Shown here: in pieces, positions 39,264-51,171 of the stretch
Position numbering within the stretch: the stretch's first letter is position 1
How the letters are laid out: every line of letters begins with the position of its first letter
NCBI GenBank assembly: GCA_032718475.1
Contig: JAUCBJ010006617.1
Coordinates: 13,647 to 77,646 of the forward strand
Direction of reading: 5' to 3'
DNA: 64,000 nt
Origin: Nemertoderma westbladi
Lineage: Eukaryota; Animalia; Xenacoelomorpha
The notes under the pieces: model-generated
Told to the model about the DNA's origin: nothing
The model's database searches: none
Seen by the model: the letters and a program-made list of their open reading frames with translations, nothing else
Position numbers and translations under genes: made by a program

Positions 39264-42200
39264 ATGTCTAGAACAAGTTCAATAAAGAATCCTCCTCGCT
39301 TTGATCCCGAGGTGGATGATTACATATATTGGAAGAAAGAGCTGGCAATATGGGGTAGTGTGACGGATATTCCGGCCCCAAAGAGAGCAGGGATGGTGGT
39401 ACTCAGTTTGGTTGGGCGCGCTAAAGAAAGGGGTTTGAATCTAACTGCCCATGAGTTAAATGTTGAGGGTGGATTAGAAACTCTTTTACAACTATTAGAC
39501 GAAGCATTTCAAACGCCAGCCGATGATAGGGCTTACTCAGCATACATGAAATTTAAAGAAAATAGACGGGAGTCACATATATCAATGAGAGACTATGTTC
39601 TGCAATTTGAAAAGTTGTATGCCGAAATGAGACAATATGACATGACTCTCAGTGATGTAGTTTTAGCTTCTGAATTGTTGTACAATGCTAATGTTGATGA
39701 ACGAGAAAGACGAATGATACTTGCATCATCGACATTGAAGTTCAATGATATAAAATCGACGATACTTCGAACTTATTCTGGAATGTCTTCAGCTGCAGGA
39801 TGTGATCGAGTAATTAAAACGGAAGAGGTATTTGAGACGCAGAGCTTAGGCATGGACAATCATGGGAACAATCAGAATCAAGGCTGTTTTTGGAATAGAA
39901 AACAAAATTGGGGGAATCGTGGTAGATCGTTTCGTGGTGGTTATCAGCGTGGACGAGGCCGACAGATTGGGAATAATTTCAATGAATTTAGGAGATCAGG
40001 ACCAGGACCATCAGCAGCATATAGATGTTCTGTATGCGATTCGTCCATGCATTGGTATCGCGATTGTCCACATAAGGAGCAATGTGCAGAACAACCATCA
40101 ACATCGTTCATGGTTATATCATCACATTCCTTGTGTCTGCATGTGGATGAGAAGGATTATGATTTTTTACCAAGAGGTATAATTGACACTGCTTGTACAA
40201 AAACAGTGGCAGGTTACAAGTGGTATTCAATGTATTGTTGTTGGATCAGAAAGAATTGTGATGTTGAGGTGGAAACGTTTTCTACAAATGCAGGATTTAC
40301 ATTTGGAGGTGGTGAGCAGTGCAAGGCTATGTTCTGTACGATTATCCCCGTTTGGATTGCGGGTAAGAAACATACCTTAAAGGTAGAGATTATTGCAGGT
40401 GATCTACCTTTACTGATTTCAGTTGAATCATTGAAGAAGATGGATGCAATCATTAATTTTACGAACCATACAATGAGTGTAAGAAGTGACTTGGTATCTC
40501 TAAAAGAAATTCAGTCTGGACACTATACTATTGATTTGTTTAACTCTAAGTTAAGTGACTGCGATTCAGTTCTAGTTGTTAACTTAAATAAGGAGTCAAT
40601 ACTAAAATTACATAACCAATTCGGACATCCGACCTGTGATAAGTTGGGTTCATTGTTAACCAACAGTGGTCAGGCATTTGATAGAAATCATGTAGTCGAA
40701 ATCAGTGAAAGTTGTGAAAGTTGTCAACTATACAAACGAATGAAGCCAAAGCCGATAGTTACTCTACCTATGGCCAATGAATTTAATGAAATGCTGGCCA
40801 TTGATCTAACTCATATTAAAGACCAGCAACGTGGTTCCTTTTGGGCAATACATATAATTGATATGTATACACGCTTCAGCATGGTTTTAAGAATTATGGA
40901 TAAGCAAAGTACGACTATACAACGTTGTATATTAGATAACTGGATGTCATTATTTGGCAATTCAAGAGCGATATTGACTGATAACGGTGGTGAGTTTGCT
41001 GCGGCTTCATTCACAGAAATGTGTGATTATTTAAACATTGAACATCTTTCAACAGTGCCTTATTGCCCATTTTCTAATGGTGTTGTAGAAAGACACAATG
41101 GTACAATAAAGGAGATATATTATAAGGTCAGTTTGACAGAGAAAGATTTAACTATTGATTCAATTCTCCGCATGGCTTGCTTTGCTAAGAACTGTAATCA
41201 CAACAATTCTGGATTTTCTCCTTATCAATTAGTATTCGGTAAAAACCCTAGAATAAATTCAGCAATCAATGACGACGTACTACCTTTGGAACCAGCACCT
41301 GTCGGGACAACATTCGAAAAACATCTTAGGTGTCTCAGGGAAACAAGAATAGCATACACACAAGTGGAAAATTCTGAACGAATTCGAAGAGCGTTGAGAT
41401 GTATTACACGAGAAACAGGCCAGACGTTTAAAGAAGGTGAGTCAGTATATTTCCGACATCATAACAATCGCCGGTGGAGTGGTCCGGCGCGTGTTGTAAG
41501 TCAAGATGGAACTGAAGTGTTAGTAAAGCATGGTTGTAGATATCTACGCTGTCATCGAGATGAATTGAGACGGAATAATAGCCAAGATATTTCTGTCTCT
41601 AATACTGAGGTTCCAGGAAATATAGGACAGCAAAATCATGAAAGTAAAAAAATTCAGGTAGACGGCAAAAATGACATGTCAGATGATGATGAAACCGAAA
41701 GTAATGATGAATTAGATGATAATAATGTTGATGACCTTTTACATGGTGCAACAGGAGACTCAACTATCCAACCTGGGAACTCTGAACCATTGAGAAGATC
41801 GACACGTCAGCGAAATGAACCAGATAGATTTGTATCAATGTTTGTTAGAGCAAAGGAAGAGAAGGACACACCAAAATTTGATAATGCGAAATATAAGGAA
41901 TATAAATCATGGGTTGACAACAATGCTTTTGAAGAAATTAATGAAGACGATATTAAAGGCAATTCTACTGTGATTTCGACACGGTGGGTATTGACATACA
42001 AAGGAGATGGGGACGAGAAGTACCCTAAGGCACGTTTAGTAGCAAGGGGATTTGAGGATACAGATGATGTCTTAGGTTATGCCCCAACTGTAACTAAGTA
42101 TTCAATGAGAATTGCGTTGTCAATTGCTAGTGATGATGACTGGTCGGCAGTTGTTGTTGATTTTAAGACGGCCTTTTTGCAGGGTCATCAGATACAACGA

Positions 42201-42932
42201 GATGTTTATTTAATCCCTCCAAAAGGCGTCCCATTGACGTATGGTAGTAAAACGTTATGGAAATTACGAAAATGTGTTTATGGTTTAACAGAGGCTTCGA
42301 GACAATGGTATGGAAAGGTTAAGGATGAAATATTGAAACTTGGTGGTATAATGTCTAAAATGGATAATGCAATGTTTATATTCAAAAGTGTTGATAATGT
42401 TGTGGGGGTTATTGGACTGCATGTTGATGATGTTCTATTGGCTGGAACTCCATCTATGGTTAATGCGATTGTAGAAAAGTTGGATTCTATATTCAAAATA
42501 GGAAAGATTAAAAAGGTCAATAGCGAATGGGTAGAATTTCTAGGTCTCCAGATTCGGAAAAGAGATTCCCGATTTGAAATTTCACAGGCGAAATATGTGG
42601 ATCAACTAGAGTGTCTGAATGTTAGTGACACTGTCAGAATTGGTTGTGAGTCGGAAACTGCAAGGACGGCAGTTGGTAAACTTATGTGGCTTTGCACGAC
42701 AAGTCGCCCAGATATATCCTTCTCTGTGAGTCGATTGGCATCATGCACTAGTACAGCTACGGTCTCTGATTTAAACAAACTTAACAAATTGATTCGTACA
42801 GTGAAGTCCCAGCCATTTATACTTCCACTCTTAAGAGATATGTCCGATTGTATAACAGTGTATGTTGATGCATCCTTTGGTAATCCATCTTGGGGTGGGT
42901 ACATTCTACTCTGGGGTAGAGCTGTGATGTAA
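39264..42932 (+). CDS. Copia Gag-Pol polyprotein (1222 aa, truncated in RNase H)
   Basis: CSVCDSSMHWYRDC knuckle, IIDTAC protease, HNQFGH...CESC and TDNGGEF...NGVVER integrase, KARLVARGF, VYGL and HVDD RT, YVDAS RNase H start. Confidence 0.92.
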   Translation: MSRTSSIKNPPRFDPEVDDYIYWKKELAIWGSVTDIPAPKRAGMVVLSLVGRAKERGLNLTAHELNVEGGLETLLQLLDEAFQTPADDRAYSAYMKFKENRRESHISMRDYVLQFEKLYAEMRQYDMTLSDVVLASELLYNANVDERERRMILASSTLKFNDIKSTILRTYSGMSSAAGCDRVIKTEEVFETQSLGMDNHGNNQNQGCFWNRKQNWGNRGRSFRGGYQRGRGRQIGNNFNEFRRSGPGPSAAYRCSVCDSSMHWYRDCPHKEQCAEQPSTSFMVISSHSLCLHVDEKDYDFLPRGIIDTACTKTVAGYKWYSMYCCWIRKNCDVEVETFSTNAGFTFGGGEQCKAMFCTIIPVWIAGKKHTLKVEIIAGDLPLLISVESLKKMDAIINFTNHTMSVRSDLVSLKEIQSGHYTIDLFNSKLSDCDSVLVVNLNKESILKLHNQFGHPTCDKLGSLLTNSGQAFDRNHVVEISESCESCQLYKRMKPKPIVTLPMANEFNEMLAIDLTHIKDQQRGSFWAIHIIDMYTRFSMVLRIMDKQSTTIQRCILDNWMSLFGNSRAILTDNGGEFAAASFTEMCDYLNIEHLSTVPYCPFSNGVVERHNGTIKEIYYKVSLTEKDLTIDSILRMACFAKNCNHNNSGFSPYQLVFGKNPRINSAINDDVLPLEPAPVGTTFEKHLRCLRETRIAYTQVENSERIRRALRCITRETGQTFKEGESVYFRHHNNRRWSGPARVVSQDGTEVLVKHGCRYLRCHRDELRRNNSQDISVSNTEVPGNIGQQNHESKKIQVDGKNDMSDDDETESNDELDDNNVDDLLHGATGDSTIQPGNSEPLRRSTRQRNEPDRFVSMFVRAKEEKDTPKFDNAKYKEYKSWVDNNAFEEINEDDIKGNSTVISTRWVLTYKGDGDEKYPKARLVARGFEDTDDVLGYAPTVTKYSMRIALSIASDDDWSAVVVDFKTAFLQGHQIQRDVYLIPPKGVPLTYGSKTLWKLRKCVYGLTEASRQWYGKVKDEILKLGGIMSKMDNAMFIFKSVDNVVGVIGLHVDDVLLAGTPSMVNAIVEKLDSIFKIGKIKKVNSEWVEFLGLQIRKRDSRFEISQAKYVDQLECLNVSDTVRIGCESETARTAVGKLMWLCTTSRPDISFSVSRLASCTSTATVSDLNKLNKLIRTVKSQPFILPLLRDMSDCITVYVDASFGNPSWGGYILLWGRAVM

Positions 42933-45740
42933 TAATACCGGTTACCTTTCTGTAGGTTTTAATAAACTAAAAAAACAAAGACTGACTGATCAGATTACCG
43001 GTAGTAAACACCAGTAGCCTGAACCTAGGCCTAGCACATAATATCAATATATGACAATCACCCATCACCAAAATTCTAACATAAAATTACTCCTCTCTGT
43101 CAGTTAGGGTTCCAATCATCCCTTTAAACTTAATAATAGCGAAATTAATATCTCAAACACCCGTCACCATAATTATATTTGAATTTTATTATTGTTGAAT
43201 TATTATTGAATTCTTTCTATCTCATAATTAAGGTCTATACCAATCCGGGGGATTTCTCACTCGTTGCGATCTCCTCACCAATGTACTTGGTTCAGGCAGT
43301 GCTGTACCAATTTCAATGTTTGAACTACTTGGGCTTTCAGACCCTGTTTGATGAATAAGGTTACTTTCAATTACGTTGCGATCAGGTTGAGAACAGTCTG
43401 ATCTTCTTCTACGAGGAACTTCCTCCTGCTGAGAAACAACCATGCGACTGTTGTTTACAGTGTTGGTGTTGTTGAAAGGGTTTTCAACATTTAAGTCGTT
43501 CAGCTTATCTTCATCACCAGTAACAGTACCGGGAGATGCTAGTTGTCGAATAGAAACTGTGGCTTCCTTCCCACTCGGTAAACGAACATGAGCATAGTTT
43601 GGGTTTGCTTCTAGGAGTTCGACTTCATCAACTAAAGGATCATACTTGCTTTTCCGTACATTCCGTTTCATTAGAACAATACCTGGCTCAGTTAACCAGT
43701 TGGGCAGCGTATATCCACTCATTGAGCGTCTTCTGTAATTAAAGAAACGTTCGTGTGGAGTTGCATTGGTGGATGTACACAATAAGGATCGAACAGAATG
43801 CAAAGCTTCGTGTAGAACAACCTCCCATTGATTGATGCTTAAGCCTTTTGATTTCAGAGCCAATGAAATAGCTCTCCAGACAATGCCATTGTATCGTTCA
43901 CATTGCCCATTTCCTTGCGGGTTGTATGATGTGGTACGACTAGTGGCAATACCACGTGAGTGTAGATATGAGCGCAGTTCATTAGATATAAAACCGCTAC
44001 CCCTATCGGAATGTACAAAAGCAGGCATGCCGAAAATGCTAAATAATTGAGTGAAGCACGATATTACTGTAGCTGTAGAGACATCGGGGCAAGCAAAAAC
44101 AAATGGAAATCGTGAAAACTCGTCAATAATTGTTAACATGTATTTATTTTGAGAATTTGATGGTAAAGGTCCCTTGAAATCAATGTTTAAACGTTCAAAT
44201 GGCTGGGTAGACTTAATAAGGTTTGCATCGGTAGGCTTGTAGAAGTTTGGTTTCAGTTCTGCACAAGTGCGACAAGATGAACACAATTTCTTGACTTCTT
44301 CTATAGAGTAAGGTAAGTTTTTTGAACGTATAAAATGGATCATTCGCGTTATACCAGGGTGACACAAGGCTTCATGTAATTCTGGGAGACTGTGGAAGGG
44401 CGTAGAAGATGCGTTGCAATTGGAAACTCTTGATAATGCGTCGGCAGGTAAATTTAATTTCCCAGGTCTGTATACAATATCATACGAGAATGAGGAAAGT
44501 TCGACGTGCCAGCGCATAATTTTATCGTTTTTAATCTTGCCGAGTTTTTGTTTATCGTACATGAAACAAACGGATCGCTGATCTGTGATAAGTGAAAAAT
44601 GTCTACCAATTAAATAGTGTCGCCATTTGCGTAGAGCTTCAACTATAGCTTGTGCTTCATTTTCAACCGAAGAATGACGAAGTTCACTGTGTGTCAACAT
44701 TCGCGAAAAAAAAGCAACTGGCTTGCCATCTTGATTCAGAGTAGCAGAAATTGCGAAGTCAGACGCATCCGTCTCGACCACAAAAGGAATAGTTTCGTCA
44801 ATGAAACTCACTATTGAGTTTTCAATATCTTTCTTGATTAATTCAAATGCAGATACACATTCTTGGCTTAGTGGAAACGCCCTTGAATTTACCAGTGGTC
44901 GAATTTTATCGGAGTAATGAGATATCCATTGTGAGTAATAAGAAAACATTCCCATTGCTCTACGTAGTGAAGCTGTGTTGTTGGGAACCGGAAGTTCTTT
45001 CAGCGGTTTTAACCGATCTGGATCGGGAGCAATGGTTCCTTCTGAAATTCAAAAGCCCAAAAAGTCGAAAGAAGTAACTGAAAAGACAGATTTACTGGCA
45101 TTAAACGTAAACCCGACCCCTTTCGCAGCAGCTAAAAATGTTTCTAAATTGAAATCATGTTCCTCCTGCGAATTTCCACATATTACAACATTATCGAGCC
45201 AAACGAATGTATCTTTCAGTTTATTTTGAGCAACAAACTCGTTAATTGATCTTTGAAACTGCGCCACTGCATTGGTTAGTCCAAAAGGCATACGATTGAA
45301 TTGATAAAGTTGACCGTTAGCTTCGAATGCAGTATATACTTTGTCTTCCTCCGGTAAAAGAATTTGATGGTAAGCGCTCTTTAGATCGAGTTGGCTGAAA
45401 ATCTTGTAGCCAGCCACTTTGTTAACCAAATCTCTCATATTTGGCAAGGGGTATGCGTCTAGTTGGGTGAATCTGTTAATTGTTTGGGAGTAATCGATGC
45501 ACATTCGCTTTTTACCATCGCTTTTGGTGTCGATAACTATCTGTGAACGCCAAGGTGAAATACTATGTTCAATGATATTCTCAGACAACAGGCGTTCAAT
45601 TTCTGATTGAATGTAAACCTGGTCTGGCTGAGAAAATCTTCTGGATTTTGTCGCAATGGGTTTACAGTCTGGAGTAAGGAATGAAAACAATGTAGGCGGG
45701 GTAAGTGTGGAAGCAGCAACACCACAAATATTTAGAGTTG
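42928..45740 (-). mobile_element. Ty3/Gypsy LTR retrotransposon, 3' half (RT-RH-IN plus probable short 3' LTR at about 42928-43090)
   Basis: ORFs 45049-45690 and 43228-44955; purine tract at about 43091-43099 on the minus strand. LTR boundaries are tentative. Confidence 0.85.
43228..45690 (-). pseudogene. Gypsy pol (RT, RNase H, integrase) with a frameshift near 45050
   Basis: SPWRS, RMCIDY, LDLKSAYHQ, MPFGL, WLDN; ETDASD, ITDQ, NLPADALSR; HPGI...CRTC, IDFKGP, SDRG, NGQCER. Confidence 0.9.
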
Positions 45741-48531
45741 GTTATAAATGCCCGTATCCCTTATACTGTATACCAAATTTGTTTACATTGTTGGCCTTGT
45801 TAATTTCCTTTATATTACGCCACCTAGCGAGGTATGGCAATACTGCTTTTACCGAATGTATATATAGTGCAATTTAAATCATAAATATCAGACTCGGTAT
45901 TATTTTACATACCCCACGTTGGGTTGCTAATAGGCCATACTTTTCAGCACTACACTACAACACTACACTACACTACACTACCGGTACACTTACGCTCATT
46001 CGCACTCACGTTTCTGTTATTCTACTATTCTGTTTGATATTGTTATTATTATTGCTTTGATTGTTATACAATAAACTAACTGCTGAACTGGTTCAACCAT
46101 CAGAAGAAGGGTTTTCCTCGATGTTATCCCTCAGTTAGCTTACAGAGTACTAGAGTAGCAGACTGCCGCTACTGGCTGACTGGAGAAAGTCACTGCAACG
46201 CCGCAATACTTCAGGTCGGTATCATATTTGCCAGCTGGTTACTGCCATTGACTGGCCCGAACTCCGGCATTCAACGCACTGAGTGTGAGTGTCTCCCCCA
46301 AGTAACCTTATTGCAGTTGTGCTGTCCATCCGCATTAGGCCTATACAAATCAGTTAAGCCTAATCGTCGTCGATGTTAATACCCTTCAGCCCTTTGCTTT
46401 GTGTGAGCGTGTGTCTGTGTGTAACAGTGTGGTAATGTGCCTGCGAATCCGCTAAACAACCCACGTAGGGCGCTAGAATCTCTCTAGCACCAACACTGAA
46501 AAGTATCTATTTACGTGAGTAAACTAAATGATTTTGTAGGAGTCAAGTTTATTTTCGCAGGTGGATATTCGCAATTGCAGAATTGCAGTCAAGAAAGACG
46601 CGCAGTAAGTTTGCTGCTTAACTGCCTAGACCTGTCTGCCTGTAGTACTGTACTGTACACAGTAGTACCGGTTAAAATAATTGCATTCTTTCTTGTTCCG
46701 TATCTTCTGCAATCCCCTCACAGGAACGCCAGCCCTCGTTACGATTATAACGTTGATGATATCCTGTGTTTCCAGTCTGTAAATTGTTCTTTATATTTTA
46801 GGACTGAACGCAATCAGCCTAGCAAACTGATTCCTTGCTTTTTATGCAACAAGTTTTCCTTCCTAATCTATATAGTTTAATTTCAGGTTTTCCCCTTTTG
46901 TTATGGATCGATCGTTTTTACAGACCGGCCGGCTTTAAATACGATTTTTCCACTACAAGAGACATAATACTTAGTCTCTATTTTGGTGGACGGTGTATAT
47001 AACCTCACCCACCAGGGTACCCCCTTGCTTTATTGTTACTAGAGCCGCGTTGTTAATCGGCAACTTATCCACGCACTGTTAGTAGGCCAACTTTCAGATA
47101 AGACTCAAGGATTATATAGTTTCTCTAGTCGCTTCCTACTGTCTGACTGTCCTACATATTCTGGACCACTGTATTTTACTAGTCAGCTAGTCTGCTAGTA
47201 CAAAATACCTACTACAATACTAGGTACTGCAGTACTGGTAACTACATATCCATAGTCTGGACCAATACCGGTACTTGTCAGCTTATTGCATATTGTTCTA
47301 AGGACGTTACTGCGTTAGTCTGTTATTGTCTGACGGTGAAAATTCGCCCTGTCAGCAAATCCGCTAAGAAGATTTAATTGCTTCTTGCCGCTTCTTCCCA
47401 AACGAGAATCCTGTTATGATTATACCTTGCTGCCTTGTATAACGGTATAAGCGAATCGTTTGAAGGTAACTTGCGAGTTCAAATATTGGATCGCTTTGTT
47501 ACATAGTTTGTATATAGGCCTACGGGCCTACCGTACTGCCGTACTACAACTGTACTGCCATATGTAAATTCTACTTTTCTACTGTCCTAAAGTAAGTACA
47601 ACCATTTTAAAATTTATAAAGGAAAACGGAAAGAGGAGAGTTGTGAAGTTGTGAGAGAGCAAATAATAAGATAAGCCTATATTTATTATTACGGTATCAT
47701 TCAGTCATTAGGCTATAATCCTGTAATTTTATTATATAAATTCGAATTAGTGCTGCACCGGTACTGCTGTAGTGCCAATATGCATTGCATAGTGTTGCCT
47801 TAAATTAAACATCTGACATTACAGTGGTAGGCACGTGGATCCAGACCCAAATACTGGAATACCACTGGCTGATAATTTTACCCATAATTAATTACTATAC
47901 GGGAAACTTATGATACGGTACTTTAATTAGTACCCGGCTAGTATTATTAACATTAATATTCCTAGTTGAAGTAGCTTCATTTGGTCACATTGACATTACA
48001 TGTATTGTACTGTTGTAGGCTATTTCTGTATTACAACCTTTTAGTAGGCCTGTTGGTAGGATATATCGTAATCATTGTATGTATTTCAGATAAGTTTATA
48101 TATATTTGAGTACCGGTATAACCTTTAGTACACTAGTACTGTAGTAGGCATATGTATATGTATATGATTTGTGCCCCGCTGTCCTGTATATACAAAGAAT
48201 CAGATAATACAATACAGGTACCGGTATTTAAACTTTCTATAATCAGATAATAGGCTAGACCTATTTACTAAATTATCAGTTAAATTATCATAAATTAAAT
48301 ATTTTATAAACTCTATAGAATCAATAGGCCTCTGTACTGTAACTTGTTTATTTAAACACTATAAGTCACTGTTTATAGTCTGATAGTTATTAGGCCTAAC
48401 ACTTGACAGGACTAGTATTACCATTCAAGTGTACCTTTATTTATCTTTAAAAGCCTATAGGCACTGGCGCTATACTGTATAGTTTATCAGTACCCAGTTA
48501 GTATATAGGTACGTTTATTTCTCAATTAAAT

Positions 48532-50504
48532 ATGTCTGACATTACCCCGATGCCGACAAGCACTAACACAGACGTTACTACGGATGAACGGGAATCTTTG
48601 TCCAATCCAACCATCATAGAAGGTCACGAGATTAATAATTTCCCTCTTACGAATGGCGAACAAGTTATTGACCATGATGTCTCCCCGACTGGCTCAACTA
48701 CAGACAATGTTAATGACTTGGACGTTACACAAGTGACGACTATAGAAGGTGCAACAGCAGCACCCATTTTTAGTTCTACTATGAATGTAGAGGGGGAGCA
48801 TATAGGCCTAGGCTTACCTGAATATATAACTAAAATGGATAAAATGGCCCTTGAGGAACTATATGATCAAGGGGTTTCTCGCTCAAGTAATGCTACCACT
48901 TTTAAGCGGTCTTTGGCTGCTCATAGAGGTGTTTTCACTCGCACTCGTAAGGATATCAATGCAGCCATCATTGATAATCCGGAATTAGGTTGGAGTGAAG
49001 CTAATAAATTAATGTGTAGAGTACATTCAGCACGTGATAAATATTTGTTCTTAGCTCAAGCATATGAGGAAGTAGCAAACCGAAAACAAATTGCTCATAT
49101 GCAAGAATATTTAACTTTAAGTAGACAAGAAATAAATTCCGAAGCGAACCAGCTATTAAGCTGCTTGAATGAATACTTAAATCCCATAAGGATGAGTGTA
49201 GCGCCTCCATCTATCCAAAATAGTAAGACCAGCCATCCAAAATCTTTGGGAGGTGGGTCAAAGGCCAAACAGCTGGATGCTGGTGGCCAATCACTAAAGG
49301 AGGTTGTCAGCGAAAATGTCCGACCTCAAATAATTTCAGTTGAATTGAATGATGATGAGAAATATAAAGAGATACGTTTAAAAATGCATACTAATGCAGA
49401 AAATGCACTTGAGACAAAATTTGATATTACTCTCCATCAATTAGAACTCGAAACAGAAATTAGGTTAGCAAAGCAGCAGTCTGAGAGGAAGCGGCGGGCT
49501 AGAGCAGAAGCTACACGTTTAGCAGATGAAGCTGCAGAGGAAGCTGTGGAAGAAGATTTGAGAAAGATTGCAGAATTACAAATAGAACGAGATAAACTGG
49601 AGACGATCAAAGCCATGAATACTAAAAAGGAAGAAATGGTAAGTCGGCACCAGCAAGAGCAATTGCAATGGCATATGTCTAATCCTGGTTCGGTAAATGG
49701 CTCCATAACCAGTAGACATAGCAGAGCTTCCAGAACCAGTCTCCGATCTTGCACTTCATTGTCAAAGGGTGCATATATATATAACAGAGATAAATCTGAT
49801 CATGATAAAGTAAAACAAAATAATCCTACAGAACAGCCTTCTTGTAGCTTAATCCAGATACAAAGTACTGCTACTGTTACTGAACCTAGGGTTGTTAGAC
49901 CAAAAATTCTGTCTGGTGCTGCTGTGAGTTCCAGCATACAAAATACATGTCCAAATGTACAGAGACCTGCCATTAAAGGTACAAAAATATGTGACAATCC
50001 CTCTTTGGGGAAGGGTATATTATCTAAACCACAAGCGTCACGTCAGTTGAATTTAGACAATAACGATACTCACCCTAGTCATAAACTAGCAGGTCAAGAA
50101 TCAAATACTAGTAAAACTTATGTTGAGGTACCAGTATATAATAATAATAATAACCATAGTAAATATTTCAGTAGGCAAGGTGATAATACAAATAGTAGGC
50201 CTACCCCACCTGACACCAAATCGTGTCCTTTCCTAAGAAAGGAACTTAAATTTGGAACTGAAAGCCATAGACCAACATCTTCTGATCGAAACTACTTAGT
50301 AAGTGTAGAAGGTAGTAATGGAGAGAAGTCTTATATTGCAAATGAACCGGAGGAAACAATGACCCGTGTGGAATTCTCAGACCCATTGTGTCAGCCACCT
50401 AAAGGTTTTTCTAGATCATTTTCACAAATTGACGAGTATGACAACCTTATACAACCTCAGCACCTTAATCAGCCAAGGTCATCCACATTTGTTAATCCTA
50501 GAAT
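48532..50504 (+). CDS. N-terminal part of BEL/Pao Gag (helical and low-complexity), cut by the insertion
   Basis: ATG at 48532; removing 50505-57686 joins NPRI|SYSDN in frame with the downstream ORF. Confidence 0.85.
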
Positions 50505-51043
50505 TGTTAGCTTATCCAATTCCGCTAACACAAACCCATAGAGTGAGCCATAAAGCAATATTGGGAGCACGAGGTTGATTACCAATCAACCTCGTGTCAG
50601 CCCAGTAAACGGGGACAATAGGCCCCAAAGGAGACACACACAATAGGGGTCAGGGGCCAAACCCCTAACCGAGAGAGAACACAGGGAGTGAAGGGAAACA
50701 CTCCAAAGGGTGCCAACAGGGATATCAACCAATCAGAGGGGGGCAAGGCATCGATTGAGTAGCAATAAGGCCACCGTGCAATATAACCAGTTACCAGTAA
50801 TCATACCGGTCAGTTATTCAGTTTACTCAGTCAGATCAGTAGGGTGGAACGGGGACTTCTGTCACCGTCCGCTATCGCCATTATATATTACCTATTGTGT
50901 CATACTATATTATATCAACTGTCAGACTATTATACCTTTATACATATTACCCAACATCAGAACTCTTTTACCTTTCACACACGGCGGGGACGCGTGGGCA
51001 GAAAACCCAAACGGATAAACCGGGATCCGTAGATCCCGTCACA
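50505..51043 (+). repeat. 5' LTR of copy 2
   Basis: TGTTAGC...CGTCACA, repeated at 57143-57681. Confidence 0.96.
50729..50815 (+). promoter_or_regulatory. Candidate LTR Pol II promoter (CCAAT, TATA, initiator)
   Basis: CCAAT at 50729, TATAA at 50782 and TCAGTT at 50810-50815, placing the TATA 30 nt before the initiator A. Confidence 0.55.
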
Positions 51044-51171
51044 GTGACAGAACTAGATCCGCCCAGCTACCTGACAGAGATAGAATCCTAGCAGCTGCCC
51101 TAACAGTCTGACAGTGATAGAACTAGATCTAACCAACTGACAGACTGTGGCTGCCAGCCACCAAAGGCGAG

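Larger units (their letters stand above)
38837..42922 (+). mobile_element. Ty1/Copia LTR retrotransposon (GalEa-like), 3'-interrupted in RNase H
   Basis: 5' LTR, tRNA-Met PBS, single ORF in Gag-PR-IN-RT-RH order; HVDD RT motif and TGGTAGCAGAGC PBS are as recalled for GalEa. Confidence 0.9.
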
